A stretch of DNA of 63,716 bases, the filler included, from Sphacelaria rigidula (taxonomy: Eukaryota): the NCBI GenBank assembly GCA_964200075.2. It is 10 parts of 10 records of this genome, joined end to end, with 100 filler letters (N's around TTAATTAATTAA, not from the genome) between each part and the next. Parts side by side here need not be neighbours in the genome. Positions count along the whole stretch, not along the records: positions 57,436 to 63,716 come from CAXNAA020021037.1; 9 more parts are not named here. One strand, 5' to 3'. A model generated the notes under the pieces. It was not told where the DNA came from, searched no databases, and saw nothing but the letters and a program-made list of their open reading frames with translations. The translations under genes were made by a program, and so were the position numbers. Below are positions 62,883-63,716 of the stretch, one piece after another (the stretch's first letter is position 1; each line of letters begins with the position of its first letter).

Positions 62883-63003
62883 CCCTTTTGGAACCCACTA
62901 ATGATTTCTATATTTTCGTGAATCGGCATCATTTTGACTTGAAAATGGCTGAAACTGATACCGATTCACAAAAAACAGGAATCGTTAACGGGTTCCAAAA
63001 GGG
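62883..63003. mobile_element. 121-bp near-palindromic piggyBac-type MITE
   Basis: Perfect CCCTTTTGGAACCC/GGGTTCCAAAAGGG termini. The arms pair imperfectly almost to the centre. Flanks GTAA/TTTA. Shares the GAATCGGCATCATTTT.ACTTGAAAA core with the 30627 family. Confidence 0.75.
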
Positions 63004-63716
63004 TTTAGATACGTATCTAACTATAGTAGAACCTTTTAACTGTCCAATCTGCTCCTTGATTCACTTGCCGTTTTGTATGCATATCTTACTGTGGAGTTGC
63101 GTCGGGTATCCAAGCCATCATGTCTAGGACATACCGCGTTGTTGTACTCATTTTGCTGTGCTGTGCTGTGCTGTGCTGTGCAGGTAGTGTTCGAAGAAGA
63201 AGAGGGAATCGCGTCGCTGCTTACCGAAGAGCAGTTCCAGAATGTCTGCAGGAGGGTAAGCATTTGAACTGATAGCAGCACCAGTTGATGAAAAAATAGC
63301 AACCCCGATTTCCTCCACCATGGAGGCCCCCCAGTGATGCCGAAACGCTCGTCGTTGAAAATATCTCGCCGAGAGATGTCCATGCGCGGGACCTTTCGGT
63401 CATGCGGCCTGTTCTCCGTCGAGAGAAAGACGATACCATTTCGTGTCTTCACCGAGAGTTGTTGATGGGCGCGATGTGCGGTTCTTGTATCAGCCAGCTG
63501 AATTTTTTAAAACCACTGTGATCTGTGCGGGCGCGGTTGATGCTCGTGGGAATCGAATCGCTATCCTCTCTGTATACATACGTACGCAGCAGTGTTCTGT
63601 TCTACTTTTTCTGTTTCTTCTTTTTCTTCAGGGAGTTTTTCAGTTTTGTTTTGTCTTGGGTACGTCTATCGTGTGACCAAGGCTGGACCCCTGGGGGGTC
63701 ACGTATTATTATTATT

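Overview
This window is not one locus. It is ten contigs of 6283-6281 bp in decreasing length order, joined by identical 100-nt spacers (N44-TTAATTAATTAA-N44), so nothing links features across a spacer. The DNA is eukaryotic, intron-rich and repeat-dense. The repeats and gene structure suggest a stramenopile, probably a brown alga (inference only). Supported content: decayed Ty3/Gypsy and Ty1/Copia LTR retrotransposons (contig 1); the spliced 3' part of a membrane-protein gene with a (TSAP)n mucin-like stalk and a DEG/ENaC-like C-terminal TM segment (contig 3); C-terminal exons of a probable CEBPZ/Mak21(NOC1) gene (contig 6); a multi-intron piggyBac-family transposase gene with a GC-AG intron, one in-frame TGA and a possible N-terminal CCCH finger (contig 8); and several MITE families. 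The most unusual signal is a non-LTR retroelement family with 12 copies in two subfamilies. The copies are 5'-truncated, end at ATGAGTAC followed by a poly(C) run rather than poly(A), and several appear to have inserted into existing C homopolymers. All exon models and alignments were done by eye.
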